Assembly: GCA_964016885.1 (NCBI GenBank) | Contig: OZ024740.1 | Location: 226,920,001 to 226,984,000, forward strand | Length of the DNA: 64,000 nucleotides | Direction: 5' to 3' | DNA from: Eledone cirrhosa | Lineage: Eukaryota | In this document: piece by piece, positions 14,118 to 28,421 of the stretch | Layout of the letters: each line of letters begins with the position of its first letter | Numbering within the stretch: position 1 is the stretch's first letter | Translations under genes and position numbers: made by a program | Notes under the pieces: model-generated | What the model was told of the DNA's origin: nothing | The model's input: the letters and a program-made list of their open reading frames with translations, nothing else | Databases searched by the model: none

Positions 14118-14322
14118 CAGGTATGTCAAACTGAGGGACACCCAAGGGCCACATGGATCACATATATGTTGTCTGAGGGCCACACATGACAACTAATTGC
14201 ACACATTACAAGTAATATTTTTTATTTTATATTACACTCAAGCTGGAAAAACTTTGTGCGGGCCGCACATGTGCTTGTAAAGGGCCACATGTACCCTGCA
14301 GGCCACATGTTTAACATGCCTG
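14118..14322. mobile_element. hAT-type MITE
   Basis: 8-bp TSD GTTTAAAG (14110-14117 and 14323-14330). TIRs CAGGTATGTCAAAC and GTTTAACATGCCTG, with subterminal GGGCCACA motifs. Confidence 0.9.
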
Positions 14323-14643
14323 GTTTAAAGCATAACTTAACAAAGCTTTTTACATCAAATTCTGATGGAAAAACATTTTAAAATAAATGGTATTTGGAGC
14401 TGATTTCAGATGGTTTGGTATTAGAATAGTTAAGGCCAACTGCAAAGGCTTTGTTTAGCTGAGCTAATGAGACAAAATATATTGTTACTTTATTTAATTC
14501 AAATATCAGAAAGATCAATATATTTGATGTTAAGTGTGGAAAGGTAATTTTAATAAGCTTAATTCAATAATTAATTTAATTCACTTTATTAATTTTGTTG
14601 CTATTATTTCTGATTCTATAAGTCTATTAATCATTTTTGTGTG

Positions 14644-14678
<35 letters not shown>

Positions 14679-14759
14679 ATATGTATGTATGTGTATGTAT
14701 GCATATATATATGTATGTGTATATATATATGTTTGTATACATATATGTATATATAAATG

Positions 14760-14800
<41 letters not shown>

Positions 14801-14878
14801 GCATGTATATATATGTATGTATATATATATTTATATATATATGAATATATATGTGTGTGTGTATGCATGTATATATAT

Positions 14879-15219
14879 ATGGCTTAGTGGTTAGAGCATT
14901 GGCCTTGCAATCGAAAGGTTGTGAGTTCAATTCTCAGACCGGGTGATGTGTTGTTTCCTTGAGCAAGACACTTTATTTCACATTGCTCCAGTTTACTCAG
15001 GTGTAGAAATGAGATGATAGGGACTGGGGTCCATATCATTCCACTGCAAAGTGGTCGTAGAGGTGCCACGGCAAAAAAAAAGCACCCAGCACTCACTGTA
15101 AATGAGGTTGGTGTTAGGAAGGGCATCCAGCTGTAGAAATCAAGCCAGAATCAGTTCCCGTCCCACCCTTGCAAGCAGGGAAAAAGCGGACGTAAAATGA
15201 AATGATGAATGATGATGAT
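14879..15219 (+). mobile_element. SINE family B, near full length (tRNA-like head, CORE-like centre, RTE-derived 3' half)
   Basis: A box TGGCTTAGTGG, B box GAGTTCAATTC, CCTTGAGCAAGACACTTTA centre. 3' half shared with RTE 3' ends, (GAT)n tail. Confidence 0.9.
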
Positions 15220-16188
15220 AAGTATTTGTATGTATTCATGTGTGTATTTGTGTCTACCTTAATATATATATATATATATGTGCATATTTGTGTGCATGTG
15301 TAGGTATTTCTATGCATATTTGTACATATCTGAATGTATATATGTAAGCGTACATGTATCTGTATATGTGCTTGCATGTATGTGTATGTGTGTCTGCATG
15401 CTTTCCTAAATTCTATAATTGTTGCTTTCAATTGGCGATAAATAAATAGTGATACATAACAATGGGGAAATACATTCATTTCTGTATTTCCTGGAAGAGT
15501 TGTACTTTATTTCAGTATTCTAAATCTAGGAAGATAGAATTTATTGATTTAACTTGGAGACAATTTACATAGATACACTTATGTCTTGTTATGAATTCCT
15601 TGGGGAAATAAACACCAAATCTAATCCTGAAACATGTTAGACGATCTTCATTTGAAAATCTCTATTCCTGTGCTTTAGCCTCTTTTACACTTTTATTTAT
15701 AGCTATAAATTGCAATCAATGTGTGAAACCCTTTCAGTCACTCCTCAGTGCCTCTTCACTATGACTCATGCTTGTGAGTTGCAATGGAGGAGTTGGTGAG
15801 GTTTTCAAGGTATTGACCAATCTGTTGAAAAAGAATCCCAAGTTTTGTGTCAATAGCTGGTGCACTGCTATATTATGCTTTTGGCAAAATACTATACATC
15901 TCTTCCTCCACCTCCACTTACATAGTACTACAGCAGGTAAGGAATTAGAATGGCCTAGTGGTAAGGGTGTTGGACTTACGATATTCTACAGAAGGTTATC
16001 TAAGATATTTTGAAATATAGAGAAGCACATTTGTTGTTGCTACTTATTTGTAAATATTTTGTATTTATTCTTTTCTTAATGGCTTTTACATGTTGTTCCA
16101 TCGTGAATGCTTTCCGTAATAAATTTCTAGGTAACATATGTACAAAATTTGGAATAAAAAATTAAATAAACTATTTGCAAAAATAGGT

Positions 16189-16441
16189 GGAGCTGCATAG
16201 ACTAGTGGTAAGGGTGTTGAACTTACGATCATAATGTTGTATGTTCGATTCCTGGGCTGGATAGTGTGTTGTGTTCTGGAGCGAAACACTTCATTTAACA
16301 TTGCTCCAGTATACTCAGCTGAGAATGAGTACCAGCAATAGCGGGGGACTTAACACTGCAATGGACAGGCATCCTGTCCAGGGGACGGTCTAGTACTCTC
16401 AGTCATGAAACTGGGATAAGCACTGGCATGAGACAGATTTA
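16189..16441 (+). mobile_element. SINE family D (tRNA-like head, CORE-like centre, distinct tail)
   Basis: Matches 41333-41609 (-). A and B boxes present, ends AGACAGATTTA. Confidence 0.8.
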
Positions 16442-16723
16442 GAGGCTTTAGACTCAATACTGAAGTTCCATATTAAATGGAAAATGTCATGTGGATATCA
16501 CTAAATAAAGAGATCCCTGTTAGTTTTAACAATGTGTAATCTACTGATTCAATCAATAGAAACAGCCTGCATTGTTTCTCTCCAGAGACTATGTTGAAAA
16601 ATATACCTCAATTGGTCATTCCATGAGAGTATCTTGAACAGTCTATGAATTTTTTAGGTTAAAAACTTTTCAGCTGACCCTTGTAAAAGACACTTGCTCA
16701 AGATGCTACACAGTGAGATAGGT

Positions 16724-16742
16724 CCTAACCCTAACCCTAACC
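16724..16742 (-). repeat. Short interstitial telomeric-type repeat, ~3 x TTAGGG
   Basis: CCTAACCCTAACCCTAACC on the + strand. Confidence 0.55.
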
Positions 16743-17496
16743 TGGAAAATTATGATTGTGAAGAGACCTCTTAATTATTCAGTCATGTTGTAATCATTAA
16801 GATCTTTAGAATTAATATATAACTCACTAATTAATATAAGTATGTATATATGCAGGTATGTTCCTCACATTTTTTTTAATATCTCATCAATATAGAAATA
16901 ACTGCTCTCTAATAAAGAAACATTCAAAATTAGGCAACATCACCTAAGTAGTCTTGTATGTATGTATTTGCACACATAAGTATGTATGTGCAAGTTTGTT
17001 ACTGTCCAAATGAGTGTGTGGGTGGGGGGATACATGTGTTTTGACTTATTTATATGTGCATATACATATGAGTATATTTGCATACTACTAGCTAAACTTC
17101 TGGAATGTATGTATGCATTTATATGCATGCATGTATGTATGCCAGTACGTATGTATGTATGTTTGTATGTATGTATGCATGTATCTATGTATGCATGTAT
17201 GTATAGATATATGTATGTATGTACAATTACATGTTTGTATGCGTGTTTGTATGCATGCATGCATCTATGACTCATGATCAGATTGAATGAAATATCTTAA
17301 TAAAATAACAATAAACACCAATAGTTGTGTATAGAAATTTATTATACATGAAAGAGATGGATGCTAGGCATGAAGAAAATTACAAAGTACCCTCAAGATA
17401 TAAAAGTATTTGTATCAATATGGAATTTTGAAAACAGGATAAAAATAGCAATGTAATAGTCATTCTCTTATTATTTTTATTTACTTTGTAAATGGT

Positions 17497-17761
17497 GGAG
17501 GTGTGTGGCCTAGTGGTAAGGATGTTGGTAAGGTCATAATGTCGTGGGTTTGATTCCTGGATTGGGTTGTGTGTTGTGTTTATGAGCAAAACTTCATTTC
17601 TTGTTGCTCCAGAATGTACAGCTAAAAATGAATACCAGCAGTAGTTAGGTGTTTAAACCTGGTTTCAACTCCAAGGGAGATTCTTATACTCTCAGTCACT
17701 TCATGCCACAAAACCATGATAAGCACCAGCCTAATGAGCCTCCTGGCTTGAGACAGACTTA
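17497..17761 (+). mobile_element. SINE family D
   Basis: GGAGGTGTGTGGCCTAGTGGTAAGG head and GGCTTGAGACAGACTTA end. Confidence 0.8.
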
Positions 17762-17975
17762 TAAATATCAGTATTTCACTGGTACTTGTTATATTGGTGA
17801 AAAGCAAAGTCAAATGATAAAAAACCTAAATAATATTTGACAGTAGATTCTCTATCAGTCATAACAATAATCATTCACTTGTACAGCCAAATGAATTTTT
17901 ATTTGTGAAATTAATGTGTAAATGGTGAAACATTTATCCCGGTTGGAAAGAATCACTGGACAAATTTTATGTGCA

Positions 17976-18145
17976 AAACCAACTGGCACAGGAGACCCAG
18001 GGGTAGACCCTGGCTAAGGCGGTTGGATAATATCCATGAGTTCAGCTGGATCAATTGGGGATGGTTGCTTCTGATAGAAACTGCTGGAAGGAGTGTTTGA
18101 GGACTCTCCCCCCATGGCAATCTTAGGAATAAGTGGGTGAAGAAG
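17976..18145 (+). mobile_element. Old RTE-like LINE 3' relic
   Basis: Similar to 19006-19192. Degraded GRRPRGRP..RWLDNI-type C-terminal coding motif. Confidence 0.5.
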
Positions 18146-18712
18146 TAGAAGAAATTAATGTGTTGAGTATTCCACAGACATGTGTTCCCTTAGCACAATC
18201 CTCAGGCTAAATCTCTGTGAATGGATTAAGTCCTTTTGAAGCCCTAATCACTAAAATAGATTATGGTGCTCTTGCTCTATAAAATCTGCAAACAAAATTT
18301 CAGGGAGAATCAAAATACATTTTATTTAACAAAAATTGTACCCTTCTTCTCTTGATGCCCTAAACATGTGTTAATTTTTCTTAATGGTTAAATCAGCTCT
18401 GGTGACACAATATGAGATGTATCCAAAGTATATTCCAGAGAGGAAGAAGAATTAAATCCTAGTATTAGACTGATACTTATTTCTTGATCACCACCCTTAC
18501 AAAGTATAAAATGCAAAGTTAACCTTGATAGGATTTGAAGTCAGCGTACAGAAAGCCAGAACAAACATTGCAATACATTTTATCCAATGCTCGAATAATT
18601 CTGCCAATTCATCAGATATCAGGATACAGACCTTTATCCATTAGCCTTGCCTAGCATTTAATAGATTTGGCTTAGTGACATTCTTAGTTATCAATTTTTA
18701 ACTCTAAATCTG

Positions 18713-18973
18713 AAGTCTGTCTCAAACCAGGAAACATATCAGGTTGTTGCTTATCCCAATTTTGTGGTGTGAAGTGACTGAGAATGCCAGACTCCCCTCC
18801 TGGACAGGATGCCAGTCCATCGAAGATTTAAACCCCCCATTTATTTTCAGCTGAGTATATTGGAGTAAGATGATATGAAGTGATTTGCTCAAGAACACAA
18901 CCTAGCCCAGGAATCGAACGTACGGCATTATGATTATAAGTCCAACACCTTTACCACAATGCCACGTACCTCC
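18713..18973 (-). mobile_element. SINE family D
   Basis: Same orientation and motifs as 41333-41609. Confidence 0.75.
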
Positions 18974-19005
18974 ACAATGGTTAACTGAACAGATATAATG
19001 GGCTA

Positions 19006-19192
19006 AACCAGTTGGCAGGAGACCCCGAGGTAGTCCACAATCAAGATAGTTGTATAACATATATAATCTCAGTTGGTCTCATTTGAGAATCCAGGCAGAT
19101 CATTTGGAGATGGTTGATTCTAATAGGACCCTGTGGAAGGCATGTCTGAGGACTCATTCCCATGATCCTCTCAGAAACAAGTAGGCAAAGAA
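19006..19192 (+). mobile_element. Old RTE-like LINE 3' relic
   Basis: GGC AGG AGA CCC CGA GGT AGT CCA CAA TCA AGA TAG TTG TAT AAC ATA = GRRPRGSPQSR*LYNI. Paralogous to 17976-18145. Confidence 0.5.
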
Positions 19193-20459
19193 AAACATAT
19201 TCTCATAGAGGAATGTAAGCTATCATATTTTCTTCTGGGCAACTTGTGAAATAATAAATTAACTGTGAGAGCCTATAATACTATTTTCTTTTTTTAATAT
19301 TGATCAACATTCGTTTCTCATTGCAATTTCATCTAAGTGGCACGCTTTTTAATACTTCTCTACTAATTAGAATTTAATACTTCCCCTGAAAAAAACATTT
19401 TCTGTCAGGCCTTATTACAATTGTTACAATGGGCTGATAAGTTAGAATTAACTAATTGATATAAGATGAAATTTCTCTCAAAATGGCAAATATAATTTGA
19501 CTGGTTTCCACTTAAATTAGATTAACACTGTTAATTTATTTCTTCACTTTATATTTAGAATATTTGACAGAACGAAAACAATTTTTACAAAATAGAAATA
19601 AATTATTTTCTTAAACAAAACGAAAGTATAAATATGCTTTGCTAATTATTAGGACATAAACTAGTAATAAAATTTTCATATATATTTTTCATAATTTGTA
19701 CAGTTTTCTCTAAATAAAATTCTTCCAGAGAAAGCTAATTATATAATTTCTAATATGTCTATTTGGTTTAATAAATTTGTTAAAATTCGTTTTGGCTTTT
19801 CAGAAATATTAAATTACAAATTGAAAGTTAAATGATGATTAGTAAATTAGGACAGTAAATCATTTGAATCGTTCCTCATTAAAAATATCAATTTTCTATC
19901 TGAATACACACACACATATACACACACGCATTCACATACACATGCAAACATACATTCATTAATAATACTGAACAAGAAAATTGTACTCAGTATGAAAAGT
20001 AGGATATAATGATGTAATTCAGTTGGCTGGAACTGTTAGTTTCAGCCAATTTGATTTTCTACCAAGAGTTTCATACCAAAACACTAAGCAAACTTTAACA
20101 TATACTTTACATATTGAGTTCTCTTTCTACCATTTAAACCCAAATGTACTTTTACACACACACATTATATACAGATATATAACCTTCGCTAGCAGGGAAA
20201 GCAGACATTAAAACAACAATGATGATGATAAATATATATATCATCATCATCTTCGTTTAACGTCCATTTTCCACGCTAGCATATATATATATATACAAGC
20301 AAATTATAAACGTAAATATGTAAGTATGTTTTTGAAATGGTGCACGAGTTTGAAATTAGAAATTAGAAATTATAAGCTTTCACCGTATTTTAGACTAAAG
20401 AAATTTCTAGCCTGATAGTGGGGTTTATAACCCTCGGAGAAATGGAAAAAGATGAGTGT

Positions 20460-20530
20460 TGCCGTACATGGGAGTCGAACCCACATCTTTGGTTATCCAG
20501 ACCACTGTGCTACCATTACACTAATACACA
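20460..20530 (-). pseudogene. tRNA-like sequence (anticodon loop reads GGA, no long variable arm); pseudogene or element-derived
   Basis: Reverse strand shows D-arm TAGTGTAATGGTAGCAC, anticodon arm TGGT-CTGGATA-ACCA and T-arm GTGGG-TTCGACT-CCCAT. Acceptor stem only partly paired. Confidence 0.55.
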
Positions 20531-23500
20531 TCCCATCTCCTTCCATTCGAATATATATATATATTCTATATATATATATATAGATATATATATATATATT
20601 CTAACAATAACAACTGAAAATGGCTACTAAACTCCCAAATATGGTTGATTCAACAGTTAATATTTTAAGAACTCAATAATCTTATAAATAAGTATAATCT
20701 AAACAAAGAAGTTGTATTTTATTTTCTTATACATAAGATGGCTGGTGTATATGTATGCTGGTGTATATGTATGCTGGTGTATATTTATTTATATCGTTTA
20801 TATAACATTCCATCTTAAGATGAAACTATTCTGAAATCCTAAAGATTTATTCCTTTGTTAAGCTGGTTTATGCTATCTAAAGAAAAGTTATTAATAAGAG
20901 ATAATCAAGCAAGGCAAAATATGTTTTTTGCTCTTCAAGCACAAGCTTTTCCATTAAAAAAAATGTTTTAGATATATTGGGGTAGAAAGGTTAGGGAGAT
21001 TTTCAATGATCCTGCTGTGATTATAAATAAAAGTTATGTTCCTTGAATTTCACTATCACCCTACCAAAATACTATGTGTAGAAATTGTGTTGGTGATTTA
21101 AAACAGTTCTAATACAAAAAGTTATTTCATAACAAAAAAAAACATTCATACCATATATCTACCAAAATATCAATAATCTTTTAAACCAATCACAGGGTTT
21201 CCTTTTTTTTTTCATATTGAAATGCTTGCTGGGGATGTAGCTCCAACCACTGCATCACTGGTACATTAGCCAATGATTCCACCAACTACCACAAAGTAGA
21301 TGATATGAACCAGAATTTGAACTTGGAACACAATGTGTCAGAATAGATACCACAAACATTTCATCCAATGTTCTTACAACTCTATTATTTCACTGCCCTG
21401 AGCCGGTACAATATTTATCAACACTGAATGCATGAGTGGCAATGTTGTCCTCAATGGGTTTTCAACTTAAAGCACAGCCAATAATAGGAGGCAGAATTTA
21501 AACTCTGAATACAAAGAGTTGAAATAGATACCATAAAGCATCTCATCCAAAGCTCTAACAATTCCACAAATTCATTACCCTGGACTGTCACTTTATTTAT
21601 TAACCCTGAGATGATGTTGGTCTTGGCAAGATTTAAACACAGAACTCAGAAAACCAAAACAAACACTGCAATGCATTCTTTCCAATATTCTAATGACTGC
21701 CAATTTTCCAACATTTTAAAATGCTGACCCAATCAGTTGTATAGATATATTTTTCAATCAAATTTAACTACAATTTGATTGACTGAAGTATCAGGTGAGG
21801 TTTGTGTATATATGTGTAGCTGTTCCAGTACTTAAGTCTTGTGGTTATTCAGAATAATTCTGCTGATATCCTTAACTATTTCTGTTGATAAAGTGAAAAA
21901 ATTCCTATACTTGTATTTAATTTTAAAAGACAAATAAGGATAATAATGATGAAAACAACAATGATATGTATATGTGTGTGTGTGTGAGTTTTCATAAAAA
22001 TTCTCTATTAATAGAGGTAAAAAACACTGTGAAACTCATGTAAAATATCATCAGAATTTCTGACAAACAGTTAACATTTATATGTAAATTAAGATCATAT
22101 TTATAATCATAAGAGTGGTGAAAATTAGATTGTCACAATTTAACTACGAATTTTTTGTGTTTAAATCTAACTGATGCAGTAAGTAATACTACATAACACA
22201 TTAGAGAAAAGAGACAGCACTAAAGACTAAATGATTGTGTTTCCTGGTCTAACACTGCCACTGCACTCTTGGGTGCCTTTAGCAGCCTTCACTCTATTGC
22301 AAGCAGAGTGACATAGTAAGGACTCTCAGTGCTTGTTGGTAAAAGCATTTATTATGCCCTCACCTTAAATAACAGGCATGATAATACACTCTGTAATGTG
22401 GTTGATATTAAATTGTCATCTAGCTGTAGAAACTATGTCAAAACTGAACATATGCTAGAGAGATGTGGCCTCCATCCAGTCTAGGAGGGCCGTAGCTCTA
22501 ATTTCTGCAATCGTCCACCTAACCCTTGCCAGCATTGAAAGACAGGCATAACATCATGATGAGCATGATAATAATGGTGGTGTTAGTGGTGGTGGTGGTG
22601 GTGGTGGTGGGAATGGTAGTAGTGGTGATGGTAGTAAAAGTCTATAGGAAATTTAGCACCTTTTTTTACATATGCTTGGAAGTCACTTTTGCTTCCTTTG
22701 CACCCCTTTGCTATAATACCTCTGTGCTAGCCTTCAAATTAAGACTCTGGTCAACAGAAAAAAATAGATATCTCTTTATGCCATACAGCATACCACAGCA
22801 ACCTGTTGATTTCCTCCCACTAGTTTTAGAAGTTCTGAAAAAAGGTCATGGTTGTTGTTCCTCCTCCTCTGACTAACCTATATAAATTAAATACGAACAG
22901 ATTTAGGGTCAAATCAGTTTAGCTGAAAAATCCTTGAACCTTACAATATATATTTAGAGCACTTACTCTATTAAGAGTTAAGTGCTGTAAATGGACACAG
23001 CACTGCAAAAATGATGGAATTACAAGTCAGCAACCTTTTGGCGGGTAGGCCAGTCCTTATTGACATGGCTAGTTGTGGTTCTTCCTACTGAATATATTCA
23101 TAGTTAATTATCACAGCTGAAGTTCTACTTTGATATTTTAAACGTTTGTTTCCTTAAATATTCCCTGTATCTATGGGTTCAGAAGAATTTTGTTTTATTG
23201 TTTGCTTAGTTAATGGAGAACTGTAAACTAAACAAAACAATAATAATATAAAACATTCAAAGCGAAATGTTATAAAAGATGACAGAAATCTGTGAAAAAA
23301 AAGTATCCTATAAATTTTCAATAGAGAAAAAAACCTTTTTTCCAGGAGAATATTTAGTATATTATTTCATGAATTCATAAAGCCCATAAAAAGAAGAGAA
23401 ATAAAAAAGAAACTTTCTATGTGGTGTGAAGAGAAAAACATATATTTGAAACGTTTTATGTATCATAGAACTTATTCCATCAAGTAACTGTTTATGTGAG

Positions 23501-25440
23501 TCCTCTTTTACTCTCTATCTTTTTCTCTCTTCCATTTGACTTTTGTTAAGGTAAAGTAAAAAAAATATGGTAACATGAATTTGACTTGCAATGTTTGATT
23601 TTGGTATTTATTCTCTACAAAATTAATGCTGTCCATCTCCCCCAAAGAGTAGCAGCAATAAAAGTCATGTATATGACATACTTTATGGATATCATGAAGA
23701 GTAAAATGAAACAAATTCTCAACAAAACTAACAATAGAGTTTTAAAAAATAACCAGAGAATTTTCTAATTCATTTCAAAGGTCAACATAAATTTGATGGC
23801 CAAATAATGTATATGTAACCTTAACTTGCTTGCTTTAGCTTCAATATTTTGATTAGGATTACCATAGCCCTGATGGTGAATGCTATAAATGTAAAATAAA
23901 CATTTTTGTTCAAACCATTATTTATTTATTTTGTTCTCTTACTATTTTGATATCAACCTGCCTGAAACTGCCTCTGATTTTATGATGAAAATCCATTTGT
24001 TTTAAAGTTTCATGTTTAAATTGAAACCATCAATTATAATTTTTTGTAAGAACCTTTTCTTAAGTTATGTTAGAGAAACCAACTCTATAACAAGAAAGTT
24101 ATGTTACTAAATCCCTCCACAATCTTGATTTTTTTTTTCTAAATGAATTGAAAGCCATAGGCAAAGTGTTTCATTAGAAATATTGTTGTGAAATTTGAGG
24201 AGAAAGGAAAAATAAATTTTATAGAATCATTATGTTAAATACTAACAAATAAAATTGTAGCAACTTACAGTATGTTTAGGGGCTTTTCGTGACAGAATAA
24301 GTCTCCCTAATGAAGTATGAAACCTTAAAATTTAGATTTAGAGTAATAGGCAATGGATTTGTTATAGTGTTGGTTTCATTTGCAATTTGAACTTCCTTTA
24401 TTTTACATAACATTAACTCTTAATCAAGCAAGCAAAATTAGATCAATAATATATTTGAGACTAATAAGTAAATTAATGAAAAATTATTTTGCACTTTACA
24501 ATAAACACTAATTACTGAATTACATGCTTACTTAACATCAAAATTATTTTGTAATTATACAAAGCATTACAAAATTAATTGTACTTCATTTATATCTACA
24601 CATCAATGAATCCATTCCAACACCACCAAATGCTACCACCACCATTACTATCACCATCATCATAATTGTTTTGTTATTTATGCATTTTTGCTAATGTTTC
24701 CATGATTATATGGATTCTGTAATGAAGTGGGTGTGGTACATACTTTTAACTAAACAGTTTCAGATAACTGTAGTAATAGAATTTCTCCCAAGGACATGTT
24801 GCAACATATCATAGTTGTGTTTGAGTCAGACCATTGGGTCAATAAATTCTTTCACATTACCATTCAGTCACTGCACCTTTTGAATTCCTCTTCCCAGAAA
24901 ATCATATTAGCTGCATATCAGAGCAAATTTTATAGGTTTTGAGCTATGTCAATAAACTCATATAACTGCTACAAGTAGGCAAAGCAAACATTAATAATAC
25001 GACCTCATGAAAATCAGCTAGCTCCTCATTTACCTTGGATAAATATAAAATACACTGTGATCTTGCTTTTAAGTTTCCATCAGCAGAATGTGTAACCATT
25101 TGCTTTATACCATTTATGATATCTCCAGCACCACCACTACCACGATCACTACTATCACCTCCATCATCATCATTATCATCACTTTCATCATCATCATCAT
25201 GACCACCACCACAACCATCATCATTATCATCACACATCATCATACATCATCACTTCAGATTTAATACCTCTGTTTTCATATATAGGTTTGGCGATGCTGA
25301 CAACTAGCAGTATAATGCTATCTATCTTTCATCATTTTATCCACAAGGACTTATGTCCTTTGATGAGATCAAACTATCTCGCATTCAGAAATTTTTTTTT
25401 TTGCATCTGGCATTTAACCCTGGCCACCATCTATTTCTAG

Positions 25441-25490
<50 letters not shown>

Positions 25491-25990
25491 ATTCAGCATG
25501 CGTCATCTTGTCTCATCTTTCATTCATACCAATGCAGTCATTTGTCTCTCTTCGAGGCAATTTTCTTTGTACAGAAAACAGTATATTGTATTTTTGTAGT
25601 TTTTTTTTTTTTTTTTTTTTGTGTCTTTTGGCTTTTGGCTTTTTTTTAAATTTTAACATCGTTTGATCACAGAAGTAGAATTAAATCTGACAGTAAATGA
25701 AGATTATTTTCATTCCGATTTTTTATTTATTTTTATTTCCTTTCTTTCTCTCATAGAAGACAATTCATTGCAATTATACAGCATAATTTGAAAGGCCTGG
25801 CAGCATTAAAATATCTCTCTCTTTAGTTTAATTTGATATTTCTACAAAAATAACAAAAAGAAAAACAACAATTTTTCTTAGTAAGTGAAGATGACAGAAG
25901 TTATTCTAAACTAGTGCTAAGATCATAAGACAAGAAACTTTAATTATCTAGGTAATCATAAGCTAGTGTGTTACATATATATATATATAT

Positions 25991-26186
25991 ATAGGAACAA
26001 GTATGACTCCGACAGCAGAGCTCAAGCTGTTTCGACGGCTAATTCTGGACCAGAATTAGCCGTCGAAACAGCTTGAGCTCTGCTGTCGGGGTCATACTTG
26101 TTCCTATTACCCACTCTACTACCCTAAGTATTGAGTACTTTGGTGCGTTATGGTCCATCTGGTTCCTTACCACATTTCCTTCGTTA
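25991..26186 (+). mobile_element. Fold-back element family P1, best-preserved copy
   Basis: 58-bp arms 25991-26048 and 26050-26107 with a 1-nt loop and one T:G mismatch. Contains GCCGTCGAAAC. (TA)n on both sides. Confidence 0.8.
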
Positions 26187-27413
26187 TATATATATATATA
26201 TATGTTCCATTGCTAAAAACTGCAAGGTAGTTTATCCCAAAGATTATCTGAGAATATTGAACATAATAGGCAGTGAATGTATGTCTGTATAAACAAGTAG
26301 ACATCTATTCATCACCGTCATCGTCATCATCATCATCATATGTCTGCTATGTATATTAGTATGGGTTGTATGGTCATTTACTGCCTGTGTCAATTATTCA
26401 GAGGCTACTGCTCTCTCTCTCCTAGGTGGGCCGGCAGATCATGTCTGACTCATACATTCCATTTTTGGCATAGTTTATATGGCTAAATGTTCTTACTAAG
26501 ATCAACCACTGAATCTACTGTATCCTTGTGTAGGCGTTAGGAAGGTTGTCTTATTCTTCAACATCACTAAAGAGCCCTCTCTACTCTTCATAGTTTCTGT
26601 TCAATCACCGAAAACTTTATAGAGTGTGTGTGCATGGTGCATTCTATCATTGTGCTAGCATCAGAAAGGTTGTCCTGTTCTTTGACAACACTACAGAGCC
26701 CTCTCCACACTTCATTATCTTTATTTAATCACTGATAACTTTACAGAGTGTACATGGTAAATTTTATCTTAGCACCAACACCACAGAATTTGTTTTGTCT
26801 TCTGAAAGACGACAAAAAATCAACTTTACTCTAAGTAGTCTCTATTTTAAAAAGATTGAAACTCGACCACAAGAGTGGGATTAGAAGAGGAGAGATGGGA
26901 TTAGACCAGGAAGTTGAAAAAGGGAAAAGTTTGGACATTGATTCATTTTTACTAAATAAATTGTGAGTTTACTAAACAGACTTTAATTTATATAATCGAG
27001 ATAGTACACTTGACTGTTTCCATTTGCATTCTCCGGGAAAGCTTAAAGGCTTATATTTTCCTATTCCTCATATGTCCACTGTTCATGCAAGCATGGGTTG
27101 AACAGCTCATCATAATTTGAAATTGAATGGGTCAAAGCTCAATATTTTATTTATACAATCACTCTTTTCGTATGGTTTCTATGATTGGATGCTCTTCCTA
27201 ATGGCAATCACATTACAGAGTGTGCTGAGTGCATTTTATTTTGGCACCAATACTACACCTTTACTGGGTGTACTGGGTGTATTTTATCATGCCATCAACA
27301 CCAAATACTTTACAGAGTGTATTGCGTGTATTTTATTGTGACACCACCAACAACACATTAGAGAGTGTACAGCACTACCACAATGGCTGTGATGAATATG
27401 TTAGAGAAATAAT

Positions 27414-27596
27414 TATTTCTACTTTAGGCACAAGGCCAGCAATTACCCATTGCATTACTGGTACTTTATTTTATCGACCCCGTAAGGATGAAAGCAAAGT
27501 CAACCTCAGCAGGATTTGAACTCAGATCGTAAAGGGACGTAACTATGCTGGAAAGCATGGCATCCGACCCTCTACCAATACTGCCAATCCACCGCC
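27414..27596 (-). mobile_element. SINE family C, full length, with 19-bp TSD
   Basis: TSD AATATGTTAGAGAAATAAT at 27395-27413 and 27597-27615. B box GAGTTCAAATC. Central TTTCATCCTTACGGGGTCGATAAAATAAAGTACCAG, which recalls the MetaSINE-type domain (not verified). Confidence 0.9.
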
Positions 27597-28370
27597 AATA
27601 TGTTAGAGAAATAATATACTGAATTAATACACACTAACACATACACACACAATATATATATATTAAGACAAACAACCTGCCCCACACACACATATATATG
27701 TGCATGTGTGTATGTTCTTTTTTTATATGTGTGTGTTTTATATGTGTGTGTTTAAAAGAAACACATATGGTGTCTCACGATATAGGAAAGAGTAAGTGTT
27801 TACTTATAAAAAGATATTTTTTCTTGCATCTTATTTGAGCAAATTAAGTTGTCAAAATATGAAAAACTTTTAGGAAATCACAATCTATCTTCTCTTTTCT
27901 CAAGCTTTTCAATTATAAACAAACACAACAGAGACAATAGCTCAATAAATATTAAATTGAAACATTTGTGAATTTTCAAAAATGCGTTTTTTTTTATATA
28001 TATATGTATATATATATATGTATATTCTCATCATCATCATAACAGTCATTTTATATGGGGTTTTTTTGTTGTTTTTTTATGCTGGTATGGGTTGATTGGT
28101 TGTCAAAGTCGACGGACAATGTTTTGCTGATATGTTTCACGTTTTGTGTGGCTTATATGGCTGGACACTTTTCCTATTGCCAAACACTTCAAAGAGTCAT
28201 GAAAAAAAGCAAACAGTCCAACCTGTAAGATGATACTGCTGGTGATATGAAAAAGGCACTCCGTCCACCTTGTAAGTTGATTAGCATTATGAATGATATC
28301 CAGCTACAGAAAACCAAGCACAAAACAGAGCATATGAGCAAGTATGGGAATTAGATTTTAAACAGCGATG

Positions 28371-28421
<51 letters not shown>

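Noticed and set aside
14879-14940. SINE heads as genuine tRNA genes
   Set aside because: A and B boxes are present, but the cloverleaf is incomplete and each head continues into a SINE body.
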